Positions 50,340-63,400 of a stretch of DNA of 64,000 nt are shown piece by piece (the stretch's first letter is position 1; each line of letters opens with the position of its first letter). The translations under genes and the position numbers were made by a program. The notes beneath the pieces were generated by a model that had not been told where the DNA came from, did no database searches, and saw only the letters and a program-made list of their open reading frames with translations. The DNA is from Vitrella brassicaformis CCMP3155 (lineage: Eukaryota; Protista; Chromerida): positions 117,416 to 181,415 of the forward strand of contig CDMY01000149.1 in the NCBI GenBank assembly GCA_001179505.1, given 5' to 3'.

Positions 50340-51244
50340 CCATCCAGCCATCCATCCATCCATCTGTCGATGATGCTGTGGTCGTGTGCTGCTGTCCTGC
50401 GGTCGTCTGGGTGTCTGTCTGGGTGGTTTAATGCAATGAATGCAGCCAAGCCAGCAGAGAGGAAGAGACAAAGGAGCGTTGGCTCAGCCTGGCTTGGCTT
50501 GGCCCGGGTTGGTTGTTTTTTGTCCCTTGGTACCTCCCTTGTTGGGTTAACGTTGGTTGCGTGGTGAAAGGGTGGTTGGTTGGTCGCTCCATAATTACGT
50601 AAAAACCGTACGTAACGTAATTACATACATGCCTACATAATGTTACACTCCATTTCATTCATTGCATTGCATATAGATGTGTGTGTGGGTCGGAGGGGGG
50701 GGAGGGGGGTGTTGGTTCCTTCCTACGTGACCCCATCTATATGTGTGAGTGCATCCCACAGGATTATTGTTGAGGTTAGAAGGGCAGGAGAATGACGGAC
50801 GAGTGAGAATGAGCATAGCTATTGGTGGCTCAATGGCCCGGTTGGTGGATGGATGGATGGATGGATGGCGTGCTCTCCTGCCTCCCGCAGACGGACAGAC
50901 GGACATATGGACAGACAGAGAGACGGGCAGTGACGGTTGGTATCTCTCAGCTCCCTCTTGTTTGCGTGTGTCAGTGTGCCTCTATCAAGTGGTGTCGCTA
51001 TCTATTATGTGTGTGTCTCTCTCTCTGTGTGTGTGGTGTTTCTACGTCTCATGGCCGCTCACTGGCTTGCTGTGCGACTGTCTGTCTGATCGACACTGAC
51101 TGTGCAGCTTTATATTTGTGACCATCTTCATCCCCCCCTCCCTCCCTCCCGCTCCGCGCACACACTGACGCACACCATACAGGGCCTCGATAAGCACAGC
51201 ACAGCATAGCAAAGGGTGGATGCGTCTGTGATGTGATGATTCCT

Positions 51245-53502
51245 TCATCTGAGGTTGCTCAGATAACACCAGCGAGCAAAGTAGCTCTGCGGGCCGGGCG
51301 ACCGATCGTAAACCTGCACCCACACGCACACACACACACACCCATCCATCCGTGACCCCACACACACATACGTACGGTGCACACACACATCCATGCAGCT
51401 ACGCAATAAATACCTGAGCATGCTCGGTGATGACGCGCTTCCCCCTAGGCATCACGCCTCCCAACACCTGATTGATGGACAGACAGCCAAACAGGTCCAT
51501 GCAACATACAAGACACAGCACAGCACAGCAGCCCCCNNNNNNNNNNNNNNNNNNNNNNNNNNNNNNNNNNNNNNNNNNNNNNNNNNNNNNNNNNNNNNNN
51601 NNNNNNNNNNNNNNNNNNNNNNNNNNNNNNNNNNNNNNNNNNNNNNNNNNNNNNNNNNNNNNNNNNNNNNNNNNNNNNNNNNNNNNNNNNNNNNNNNNNN
51701 NNNNNNNNNNNNNNNNNNNNNNNNNNNNNNNNNNNNNNNNNNNNNNNNNNNNNNNNNNNNNNNNNNNNNNNNNNNNNNNNNNNNNNNNNNNNNNNNNNNN
51801 NNNNNNNNNNNNNNNNNNNNNNNNNNNNNNNNNNNNCAGCAGCCCCCCCCCCCCCCGTCCCACCCACCCCACCTTTCGGCTCCTGGCCGGGAGGTAGATG
51901 GGGCCAGGAGAGCAGTCCCTTCTCTCACCGGGCCCATCTCGCCCCGATGAACCGATGAACGCCGCCGGGCCGCCGGGCAGAGCCGTCACCTGCACACATC
52001 CATCCCATCCATCCATGAGACAGACAGAGCCGTAAAATGTATACATGGGACGGATGTTGGCCAATACATACTGCAGATACCGTACCGGGCGGTAGTTGAC
52101 ATGATATGTGGCAGGCCCAGGGCGGCCCGGCACCTCATCGTTATAGAACCGCCGACGCGCCTGCACACAAAGGACAAACAAACTCCACTGAAGACGTCCG
52201 GGCAGGCAGGCAGGCAGACAGGTATGGATGGATGGATGGATTCAAGTACCGCACCCGGGACCAGCTGCCTCTGAGAGAGAATGACGGCGAGTCCAGGCCA
52301 AAGGTGCTGTCGACTGCCCCAGGTGTGACGCCCCGCGTGAGGTAGCGCGAGCAACGCGTGTGCGCCATCGTGTTGTCCTCTTCACGCTGCACCCATTGCA
52401 TTGCAGCAGACAGAGACACAGAGACTTTGTCATGGTCTCGCCTCCCTTCTCTTGTTTTTTCCTCTCGCCCACCCGTACCCAGCAGCTGTGAGCAAAGTGC
52501 CTCGTTTCATCGTCACGTCTCCTGCTCACGCTCACACGCGACACGCATGGCCTGTCTGCCCTTCGTGGAGGTGCCTGGCTCATCTCTACACGCGCCCTCT
52601 GCACCCCAAACAGAAGGCAACGTTTGCAATGGCCACGAGAGAGAATTAATGATTCCTCAATGCGTACGTACCTCATCCATATGGTATGCCTGACCCATAA
52701 CGTCCTTCAGAGCCCTCCCGGCCACCTTTCTCCTGTCCCTCACAGCGGTGGCTCCCGCTGCCGTCTGCGGCGAGGTCAATGCGGCGTTGCACGTCTGCGA
52801 CCTGTCCGGCCTCAGCACCAGCAGCTTATCGAGTTCGGGGGATGGGACGTACGCCCTGCACGCTGCCGACAGAGTGCCGTACACAGAAGAGGGAGGCGGC
52901 CCGGCTACCCGGCCGTTGAGCCGCGCCGACCTCCCACCAATGACGACAGCCCGAGCCTCAGGAGCCTCGCCTTGGTCGACTGGAGCTGCTGGTGTGACAA
53001 GGGTGTCCTGTGGTGACTGTGGTGGGCCAGGCCCTGGCGGTGTCACTGGATGGCCAGCTCGCATCTGGATGACGAGTGGCTGCGGCTCGTTGTAAGTGTG
53101 CGACTCCCATGTGTGGCCATCGTTCCCGCTCGGCATCTGGGGGACGGTAGCTGAGACGCCGGATGGCTCCTCATATTGCTGCTGCTGGTGCTGTCGAAGG
53201 AGACCGAGGTACGCCAAGATCTTCTTTCTGCAAAGCACCATTCGAATCAGCGCCATGGCATGCCATGCACCACAGGAAGGAGGATACGATCACACAGTAC
53301 CTGTGTACCTGTGTATGTTGTTGTGGATCCCCAGGAAGGACAAATCCTCCTCTGACAGCCCCAGCAAGGTGGGTCCATCCGCCTCGTTTTGAAGGAAGAG
53401 CTGCCCGTACGGCGGCTGCATGCCGAGGGAGTCAATCCAGGCCGCGACGTCCTCAGAGCTCCACTCCAAGACATCGGCAGGAGGCTGAGGAATCGACGAC
53501 AT
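51245..53502 (-). CDS. N-terminal SAM domain + SHIPPO/ODF3-like PGP-x-x-Y repeats
   Basis: SAM: LEWSSEDVAAWIDSLG..FLQNEADGPTLLGLSEEDLSFLGIHNNIHR|KKILAYL. Repeats RPGPATY, SPGPIY and SPGPQSY, plus STFGLDSPSFSLRG. Last exon VYDRSPGPQSY..NLR*. One intron contains an N gap. Confidence 0.72.
51537..51836. other. Assembly gap (300 N)
   Basis: N run inside an intron of the SAM-SHIPPO gene, flanked by poly-C. Confidence 1.
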
Positions 53503-53875
53503 GCCTGTTGTTGAGTGGGGGCCCGAGACGGCTGCATGCAACGCACCCCCATCTCCAAATCACCAGCCACCTGACAGAGTCCCGCATGCTTGAAGTGAGC
53601 TTCAAGGCGGAGAGGGAGATCTTTCCAATACGGAAGGCACATGTGCGATTGGCCAACAGAGCCGTCGGTCTTTACATGGATTCATCCTCATCCATAATGG
53701 CATACCCACGCACACACGGAGACATCGGCAACATCGCCAACATGGGTCTTGAAACGGATGGATGCGTTGCACATGATGGATGAAGGACACAAACAACAAC
53801 ATCGACCCACACACACTGCAGGCATACTCTCTGCCTGCACCGCACCCACTCACTCACATCACACCCATCCATCCG

Positions 53876-55045
53876 CTATTGCTGCCCTCTGAATATCGTC
53901 CCCTTCTCGGCATTCTCCTGGACAAACTTGAGCACTTCGGTGAAATTCGGCACCGACCTGGCAACACATGACAACACACCACACCACACCACAAGAACTC
54001 TACAGCTGCAACCAGCCCTCGGTGGCCGCAGTGTGCCTTGACTGACCGTATTTCCAGTTTGGATCCGTCCTTGAGCAGAATGTTGAGGTCGCCCACATCC
54101 GCCACGCCAAACCCGCGGCGCACAGACCTGGGAGATCGACACACACACGAAAGCACCCACGGCATGAGGCTTGAGCGGTGCGGTACACTGTGGTTGCGTG
54201 CGTGAGTGGGCCCACGTGATGGAGTCGATCTCCGGGTAGATGACCTCGGTCTCGTCGTTGCCACCTATGCCGCTCGTCACGCGGATCCGGCGGCTCGTGA
54301 ACTCATACCTGACGCATTCATACCACGTGCCAGCCAGAGCCATGTTCTGTGTGTGGCGTGTGTGCGTGTTGTCATTTCTCGCGTTGCCTGCCTTACTTGA
54401 CCCAGATCTGCCTTGCGACGGCCCCAGCAAACGGGATGATCCTGATAGCAGAAGGGGGAAGAAATTGGTGTGCCATGCCATGTGTGTGCGCCGTGCCATT
54501 CATTCGCACCCGAGGACGGTAAGCACGGAAATGGCGGGAATGACCACCTCAGTCCACGAGGGCTTTGTGGTCATAAAGGCGGTCTCGGCCTCGAGCCTGG
54601 GCCCCTTCTCCTGGTCCTTCTTGACCTGCCGCTGCTTCTGCACCTGAGCCCTCTCCTGCAGCTTAGCCAAGCGACTCTTCTTCCGCTTCTTGCTGTCCTC
54701 CACGCCAGCAGATTTATCCTTCCAAGAGTCGTCCTTCGCCGCCCTCTCATCGCCTTCACTGCTGTCTGCTGCATCTTCTGTCACGGCCACAGCGGTGCTG
54801 CTGCTGCTGCTGCCCTGAACGCTCTCAGCTGCAGCCGCAAGCAGTGGAGATGCGGCCGGGCTGTGTCTGCAGAGGAGGGTGATGGACTCATCTGTGAGCA
54901 AGGACACGCATGGGCCGTCCGGGGGAGGGGGAGCGGCGGGCAGGCGTCGTATGGAGCCGCCTCTCTGGAGCGGGACGACGAAGGAAAGAGCCGAATTGAT
55001 GCAAGAGAGGAAGATCAACAAATCGACGATGCACCGCGATAGCAT
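53876..55045 (-). CDS. Plastid-targeted membrane protein with a bacterial PH (bPH_2/DUF304-like) domain, cyanobacterial type
   Basis: Signal MLSRCIVDLLIFLSCINSALSF-VVP. Then AFMTTKPSWTEVVIPAISVLTVLG (TM), VRYEFTSRRIRVTSGIGGNDETEVIYPEI, GDLNILLKDGSKLEIRSV|PNFTEVLKFV. Confidence 0.72.
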
Positions 55046-55091
55046 GCTGCTGATGATAACTGCATTCGGCAAAGATCTGCCAGCTCCTTCA

Positions 55092-55098
55092 AGCTCGC
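55092..55098 (+). promoter_or_regulatory. AGCTCGC candidate element (TTCAAGCTCGCA)
   Basis: Centre of the ~100-nt gap between two divergent plastid-targeted genes. Confidence 0.4.
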
Positions 55099-55146
55099 AT
55101 TTCCGGCTTCCCCTCCGCAGCCTTCAGTTTCCCTTTCTCTGGCGAG

Positions 55147-56404
55147 ATGGAGTCAGCAAGGCCATTGCAACCGCAATCTTCAAAGATCTGCGTCATCGCT
55201 GCAGCGGTTTCTCTTGTCTTCGCCTCGCTCGCCCATGCATTCATCCCCTCTACTCCCACCTCCCCCCTCTACCCGCTGCCCTCCCTCCCCCACACACACT
55301 CGAGGCGCTTCCGCCCCGTGGCTCTCCCCCACAGCCAGGTACCCTCCACACACACAGCCCCTTCCCGGCCAGCCGAGGAGGTGCATCCGATAGAGGTGGA
55401 GGCCTGGGGGTCAGAGCCCGACCAGATCGACGACATGGACGACGAGTTCCGGGAGATCCTGGACAGGACCGAGGCCGCCGAGCGGCAGCTGCCTGAGGCC
55501 GAGGACAAGTACGCCAATGAGGCCTACGACGAGCTGATAGAGCGGGTGGCGGCGACGCCTGACCATGAGCTGGAGGTGGTGGCCAGCGCCAACTTCCAGT
55601 ACCTGTGGCGGGAGGACTGGTACCTGCGGGTGTGCGAGTACACTCGGCTGTTCGAGAGGGACAAGAAGGAGGCCTTTGTACGCAAGGCCAACAAGGTGTG
55701 GAGTCTCGTGTCCGCAATGCTCGCTGAAGCCCTCGAACCCGAAGACAACGTCAAACAGGTCAATCGCTAGGGAGCTGTGGACCATCCTCTGTTCCCTTTG
55801 CTCGTATGTGCGTGTGTGTCATGTTTGTCAGGTGGTGTCAGCCATCCTCAAGGAGACGCTGGTGGGGCTGGGTGAGTTCCCCCCTCTCCCTTTGGACCCA
55901 CCAGCTGACCGCCGGCTCCGCAGCTACGTGCAGCGCAATGTGGGCCGCATGAACGAGCCCTTCATCGAGATACTCGTCAAGTGGATCACACGGGCCGCCA
56001 CACACAATACCGAAGGCGACGAGCGCAAGGTACAGCTGCTTCAGCGTGTGCTGCGGCAGTGGGCGGCGGAGGCGACGATGGAGACGGTCGACAAGCTCGT
56101 GTCGGCTGACCCCTACGGCCTGCCGGCCACGAGCGGCGTCAGCAGAGTCATCCGATGGCTCACAGACAGGGACCTGGTTGATCGACGGAGAGGGGCAGAG
56201 GGAGTGGAGGAAAGTAGTGTGTTGGATGGGGTCAAGGCGGACGAGGTTGAGAGGGCGCTGCAGGTGCTGCAGAGCAACCTGACGCTGAGGTACCGGCTGG
56301 GGTCGGTTGCGCAGAAGGTGCACTCGGAGTATGTCAGAGAGCTTATGGGGGCCGTCAGGCAGACAGTCGGCGAGGCTACGGGTATCCAAGAGACTGCTGC
56401 ATGA
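55147..56404 (+). CDS. Plastid-targeted helical protein of unknown function (2 exons)
   Basis: Signal ..ICVIAAAVSLVFASLAHAF-IPS plus a Ser/Pro/Arg-rich transit region. Two long open exons, ending GIQETAA*. Confidence 0.7.
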
Positions 56405-56503
56405 GCCCGTATATATGGGTGTGTGAGTGCGTGACTCGATGGACGCATCAACACGACCTTCACAGAGGTCACAGGCACACTCACACGGCCACGCACTCGC
56501 AAG

Positions 56504-59500
56504 TCACTGCGTCTCTGTACAGGTCTCCATCGCTGCTCTGCCCCTCTCTACCACGTCCATCAGCCCCATAGCCACCGACACGCGAAAGGCCTCTTTGTCC
56601 CCCTTCTGTATTACGGCCTGAGCCGCTTCACATGCTCTCAGATACGGCCCCTCTGTCTTGGCCAGCTTCCTGGCGCCCCCCTGGGAAAAGAGCACGCCCG
56701 TCGGCTGTGGCGCGCTCTCCAGGCCCATGTGCAGTCCGCGGCCAAGTGCGTGGCGGACGATCTTCGGGGCGGTCGCGATGGCGTTGTCGATGTCTGCGAT
56801 GAAGGAGGCGTCGTTTGTGTCGAGCATGATGGTCGCCAACGCGTTGATGCTGTACACTGCACCAGAGAGAAGAGGGCACGGAGGGAGGGAGACACACATA
56901 TGGATGGGTGGACCATCGTCGATATATAGACATGGTGTCACTTTCCTCTCCCCCATGCCGTCGTACCACTGTCTTGCAGGACCGTGCCGATCTCCACCGG
57001 CGCCGCGCGTATCATCCTTGGCAGCTGCCGCACCACCTTCTCCCTCAGCGCCGCCTCCTCCTCACACACCGTGCCAGGGCTGGCCTCGTTCGCCTCCGGC
57101 TTGCCCAGCCCCACCAAAGCCACCAAAGCCGTCCCATATACCTGTGGGAACGACTCCCTCACCCCACCCGCCCCCTGCTTTGTCAGCAGCTCCCACAGAA
57201 ACGGCAGCAGAGCGTTCCTCACACCGGGGCTGCCCAGGCATTTTGCCCAAGTGCGGAATGAGGCCACGGTGCGGACGAGTGCGAGGGCGATGTAGGTGGC
57301 CGCGAGGGCGTCGGAGAGCACGGGGACCGGCCGAGGGTCGCTCGTGGGGACCTCAGGCTGCTGCGAAGAGGGGGGCTTCTTGGCGTGGGTGATGGTGGCT
57401 TGCAGGAGGGAGGGGAGGAGGTGGGACGTGATCGACGCCATGCGTGGGTGCGTGTCCTCGAGCAGCATCTCGAACGGCCGCAGCACCGCAAAAAGGTACC
57501 AGAAGGACGGCACGCGCAGCCACGGCCTCCCCGCGTCACCCTCCGCCGCGCCTCCCTCCAACTTGATCTGCGTCCGTAGGGGCGACTGGTGGATGAACCG
57601 GGCGATCGCCGGCTGCACGAGGGTGGTCATGGCGTAGTCGAGGAGGGCTACGCTGGCGCCGTAGAGAGCGGCTCCGATGCATGTGATGAGCTGTCGCTGC
57701 TGGTGCGAGGGGTGTGGCTGGCGGAGCCACCAGTCCTTGGTGGTCGATGGGCGGGTGGCCGATGAGTGGGGGTCTGCACACATCACATGCATGGCACAGG
57801 GATGGCGAACCAATGCAAGGCAATGCAGCTAGCTGTGCCAGCTGAGCTGCCAGGTGTGGACTGCACCCACCTGCGATGGCCAGTCTGAAGAGCAGGTCGA
57901 CGAGTCCCTTGGCGGCCCCGTTCATCACCGCACCCACAGGACCTTCACACATATCGCTGCACACAAGTGAATAATGGCCACCATAGCTAATGTACCATGA
58001 GCTCTCACCCCCGCCCCTGCTTACTTTGCCGTACTGACGAGTTTTGCTGCGATGAGGACTGCGAATGAGTGGAGGGGTGCTGAGCCGCCAGACGCCCAAT
58101 TGAGAAACCGCCGCAGGTACAGCGACAGGGCTCGACGGCTCCCCTCACACAAACCACCGTCCGGCGCCCTGAAAGATAGAAATGAAATGTCAAGACCCGG
58201 TGCGTGTGGTGGGGGGCAGGCAATGTGTGTCAGCTGGCTACTTGAGTGCGCAGACGAGCAGCGACACACACGATGCGACGGGTAGCTGGAGAGACATGCG
58301 GTACATCTCCTCACCGCCCTTGCCGGGGGCCGTGTCAGCCGGCCGGAACGGGTCACCCTTCGCCACACACACACACATGTCAACCAACAAACGTGACCCC
58401 ACTCTGTGTGTGTATGGGCGAAGGCGCTTGCCTTTGCCAGTGCGAGAGGGTGGTTGCGCAGCGTGGCCTCACAGTGGTCGCACGCCAGCCGCATCAGCTG
58501 CTCAGCTTGGCAAGGGCAGTCGAACACCGCGCTGCGGGCACCGCTAATCAGCAGATTAGTCACCAACAACTAGAGAGAATCCGCCAGCAACACAGGAAAT
58601 GCGGCGGCCGTCCATCCACGTGTGCATTGCATTCGGTGTCCATCGACCTCTCTGTACTGCTGCGGGAGAGCCTGTGTGTCGTCTGCAGTCTGTCCACTGC
58701 GCACCGACACACCTGCGATGAATGACTTCGCAATATCGACCGACAGCCTGACACAACACAAGATTGATTGATTCCCTCTTTGTGCTCTTCTCTTTTCTGC
58801 GGCAGGTCTTGTTACCCGACGAGGCGGGCGAGTATGATGACGGCCTTCATCGTGAGGTCGCGAATGTCCTTGCCGACCCCGCCATACCCCTCTCCCTCCC
58901 TCTGCCGACACACCAACACGCCCAGCAGCGCCTCCAACGCACCGAAATACGCCACATCCAAACCTCCCCACTGCACCTCCGAACTCCCGCTGCTCGCTGC
59001 CGACGATGCCGACGATGGCATCGCCGACAATAAGAAGCTGATCGCACGATTCAGCAGGGCTGCGGGCGAGTGTTGCTGGCCCGTCTGTGTGCCGTTGGGG
59101 GTGTTGTGGGTGTCGACGAGGAGTGGCAGCAGCCTGGTGACGGCCTTGATGCTTGTGGTGATGGTGCGATGGAGGAGAGGGGTCAGCATGAAGATGGAGA
59201 TGGGCTGGGGAGGGGAGCCCTGGGAGGACGGCTTCGCAGCCTTCCACACGGCACTGAGAACCTGCAGGCACGACCAACCACGGCACGGCCAGACTCTTCT
59301 TCGTCTGTGTGGGAGTTCTTCTCGGTACCTGGTATAGTCGCGCCAGTGAGCCCGACGGCAGGCCGTCGCCTTCCTGCCCGTCAATGAGGTCCATGAGGGC
59401 ACCCAGCACCTCTCCCAGCGCACCTCTCATCTCTTCACGCCCCTGCCCCTCCCTCTGCACCGCAATCTCGGCCGCCAGCCCCTCACAGCTGCTGGACACT

Positions 59501-59835
59501 GCCAAAACCAGGCCCTGGCCCTTCCTGGCCACCTCCTCACTCACAGGCAGCGTTGTGCACCCCTCCGCCAATGCGACGGCCCACCACACCAGCCGCGAGA
59601 GGATCTGCCGCCGGCAGGCCTCCACCATCCCGTCAGGACTCTGGAAAGCGGTGTTGGCGGCGTCGAGCAGGGCCAAACACAGGGATGAGGCGTCGTTCGG
59701 CGATGATGCGCCATCGTCCTGATACGTGGCGAGAAGTCGGTCTACACGGTCCAGAAGGCTAGCGCACGAGCCGATCGAGCTGCGGATGGAAGCGGGGGAT
59801 GGCGCACCCTGCGCACGCGGGACGGGGGACTCCAT
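56504..59835 (-). CDS. Large Leu/Ala-rich alpha-helical (ARM/HEAT-like) protein of unknown function; multi-exon
   Basis: ATG 59835 (AAAAATGG context). Long open exons ~59330-59835, 58812-59270, 56975-57780 and 56640-56860 with amphipathic helical patterning. 3' end uncertain. Confidence 0.55.
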
Positions 59836-59986
59836 TTTTGCAGCTTCGTAGGCATTTGTTTTTCCCCCATTTACATCACTGTGTGATGATCGTTTACACG
59901 GAAGCATGGGCGACCAGCACGTCTGATCTAGAGTCGGTATGGATTTGCTCACGCAAGACACAAACAATCGCTCACAGATCGCAAAA

Positions 59987-59993
59987 AGCTCGC
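59987..59993 (+). promoter_or_regulatory. AGCTCGC candidate element
   Basis: About 150 nt upstream of ATG 59835(-). Confidence 0.3.
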
Positions 59994-60458
59994 CGTGGCG
60001 ATTTCTTTACGTCCTCCTTTGTTGAGTGGGCGGATGCAAGCGAAATGAGTGCGGGAGCATTCATATCGGCACCGACCACGATCACACACACATGCACCGC
60101 AGCCCCGTTCTACCACGCTCAGAGCCGCTGCCGGTCGCTACGCGCCACTCTCACGACAGCTACCCACCCCCTGCACACCCATCAGCCGCCGTCTTGCCCT
60201 GAAGCAGCTCGTAAAACTTCCTCTGAGATGCCCACGCACAAGGTCACACAGGCGCACCCATGAGACCCTGTGTGCTCCGCGTGTCTCTGTGTGTTCACTC
60301 ACCTGCCATGCCGCCAGCCTTTCGGCTCTCGGTCGGCCTACTGCGGGTCTCGATGGCGACAGGGCGTCACTCAACGCCTGCATTGCCTCACTACTGGCAG
60401 AATCGGCACCACCACGACGCTGCAGCCAATGACACACACATACACATGAAGCCGAGAT

Positions 60459-63400
60459 TCAGAGCCCTCGGTGGCCGCCACCGCTCCCCTCCTCTCCTCC
60501 CCTCATCACCTTTGGCTGATAGAATTTGCTTCTGATGAGGTCAGGTGACCCCTTCCCAATCTGGCTTTGGCCACCACCATCAGGCGAGCCCTCCCCACTC
60601 AGACGGCTCGACGGGTCGACCGACGGCGACCACGACGAACGCAACCCTCCCCCTGTGTCCTCCTTTCGCCCGCCCGCCTTGGCGTGACCCCCTTCCACGC
60701 CCTTGGGGAACAGCGGCACCGACTCGGCAAATGGATCGGCCGGGGGATCGCGATGGGTGAGAGGGGGGCCCTTCCCCTCCCCCGGCTTGCTCTTGTGCTC
60801 AGGGGAGGCCGAATAGAGCAGCGACGACCTGTGGGTCAGCGGGCGGGGCGAGAAGGGGTCACTGGGCTTCGACCCATCAGCAGCACCACCTCGTGACACG
60901 GGGGGGCGCGCTCCGTGGTGTGTCGGCTCCTTGTGAAGGTGCTGGCGAGCTGAGAGCGCCATGGAACCACCGACCCCACTACTGCTGCCGGACAGCTTCG
61001 CCAGTCCGCTGAGCCGTAGCCGATTGATCGACGGCCTCCCCTTGGATGGCCGCAACACGCGCAGCACAGCCGCAGGGTCTCTGCTCTTGTCGTTGGCTGA
61101 TCTCTTGGCTCGCTGGGCCGCAGGCTTGAAGGTGGGGGAGTGGAAGTGGGTGAGCTTGGGGCTTATGTCGTCCCGATCGTCGACCAGCTCCTTCTGTGTC
61201 GATGGAAGCGATGAGTCGTCGGCCAGCTGCGCCGCTCCTCCGTCCCTCTGATAGCGCACGGCATATGGCGACGGGTCCATCGCGTCCTTCTCGGTCGCCA
61301 CCACGACGCTGGCCCCCTTCTCCTCTTTCTCCTCCTCTGCAATGGGCGGCATGGGCTGCAATGAGTCCCTCGACGACTTGCCGCTGTCCTCATTCTTGGC
61401 CCCTGGATGCTTCAGCTTGGCCGCCTTGGTGCGAGAGGGCGATGGATACAGCTCGTGGGCGAATGGGTGGCCGGGCAGGGACCGCAGCGATGTGGCGGAC
61501 GGTGGCAGGGTGTTGTTGGAAGGGGAGGGGGGGGAGGTGCCGGCCTGACGTGTGGCGACAGGAGGGGATAACTTAAGGCGGCGGCCGTCCTCTGTCTCTG
61601 TCTGGGTGGCGGTTTGTGTGGCGTGTGGGGGAGGGGGGTGCTTCTGTCTGATGAGCTGGCGGGCCACGTGCAGGTCTTGGTGCAGCTGGAGGATGGCCTC
61701 TTCAAGAGCCTCCTTCTCCTGCTGGGCGGCCTGCAGCAGACAAGCACATCGCCCAACATGTGGAAGTGTGTGATCACACGTATGCCGTGTGCGACCTCTG
61801 CCTGCTGGAGGGCCTCGGCCTGTTGTCTGTCGGCGATCTCGCGGTGCTCGGCCGCGGCGCCCTCCATGGCCTCCCTGAGCCGCTCCATCTCTGACGTCAC
61901 TTTTCTCAGCTCGCGATCGCGCTCCGTCACACACCACTCGAGCCGCTCGTTGGCCGCCTCCAACACATGCACCTGGCTGTGCGCTCGCTCAACGTCCTAA
62001 AACGACCAAAGTCCGGTGTACACATTGCCCATGTTGCCCGTGTGAATGCTCTCACCTCGATCAGCCTGCTACGCTGGTCTTCATGGCTCATCAGGAGCTG
62101 CTCCCTCTGGGCGCGTTGGTCGGCTAGGTCGGTGGTGAGGCGGGCGAGTGCGTCGGACGCTGTGACGGTCATCCGGCTGCTGACGTCGGCCAGAGTACGG
62201 TAGAGGTGCACCTGTGCCGAGAGGCTGCGGTTGTGGGCCTCTGCCGCCTTGGTGGTGTTGCGGGCGATGGCCAGCTGGTTGGTCAGGTCGTTCACCACCT
62301 TCTGGGTGTCACTCTCAGTCTGACACACACGAGCCACAACACCCATGCATACAGACAGACGGACACACAGGAAGTCACTACTCATGGATACATACCCACC
62401 CCGACGTGTGTGCCTCACGTGCCTCACCTGTTGTATCTGTTTGCGCAGCCTTGTGACCTCCTCGCGCCACTCGTCGCCCTCCCTATAGCCGCTCTCCCTC
62501 ACTCCCCTGCTAGTCACCCAACCCCCTCCAGCATACGACGCCACCTGCCGCTCCCGGCTCGTCTGCGACGGTTCACGCGAGCCCGACTGCGATGTGGGCG
62601 TGAGGCCCAATGTGGCCAACACTATGGGTCGATCCGTCATGGGGACGGGGCGGCGGTCGTGTTGCTGCTGGAGGGATATGGTTGAGAGGGGCAGACGGGG
62701 GACGGTGACGCGTTGTGGAGGGGAGGGGGAGGAGACTGGCGACTGGTAGCCGCTGCTATGCTGCCCGGGGTGGTCGTCTGCGTCTGCGTCGGGGCCGGAG
62801 TGTCCGAGAAAGACTGTTGTGCGTGCAGGGGAGCCGCCGACGCGGCTGCCGTCATCCTCCTCTACTTGGTCCTCCTCATCCTCCCCCTCACCACGAGTGT
62901 GCTCAACGGCATCCCTGCACACACACGTTAGTTAAACACACAGCCACACAGAGATGACATGCAGGCAGCGCCGCACCGCACCATCAGTAACCAACCCATG
63001 TGTGCCCGCTCCCCCACCACCCTCCCCCAGTCACTCACCCGGCAGCCGGCCCTTGATCTTGATGAGTCCCACCCCGGGGCGAGAAGAATGGCGAGAGGCT
63101 CGACCCCGTGTAGGACTGGATGGTCTCGTCGATGTCGGCCTCCAAGTCGTCAATGGCAGACGCATGACCTGCCCGGCCCTCCTCTGCATCTCCATACCCA
63201 CCACCAGCCGCCCTCTCGAGTATCGTGGATGAGCCGATGTCCTGATCCGTTGCATGGTCAGCTTCAGCCGGTTCATCTCTACTGCAGGGCGCCGGGACGA
63301 CGTCCGTCTGTGTGGATTCGCTCTGCTGACGGGAGCATGGGGCGCTCTGCCGCTGCTGCTGCTGCTGCTGTCTGCGATGAATAACTGCTACGGCTCGCCT

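Noticed and set aside
21678-51836. The three identical 300-nt N runs as a biological repeat
   Set aside because: They are fixed-length scaffold placeholders beside G/C homopolymers.
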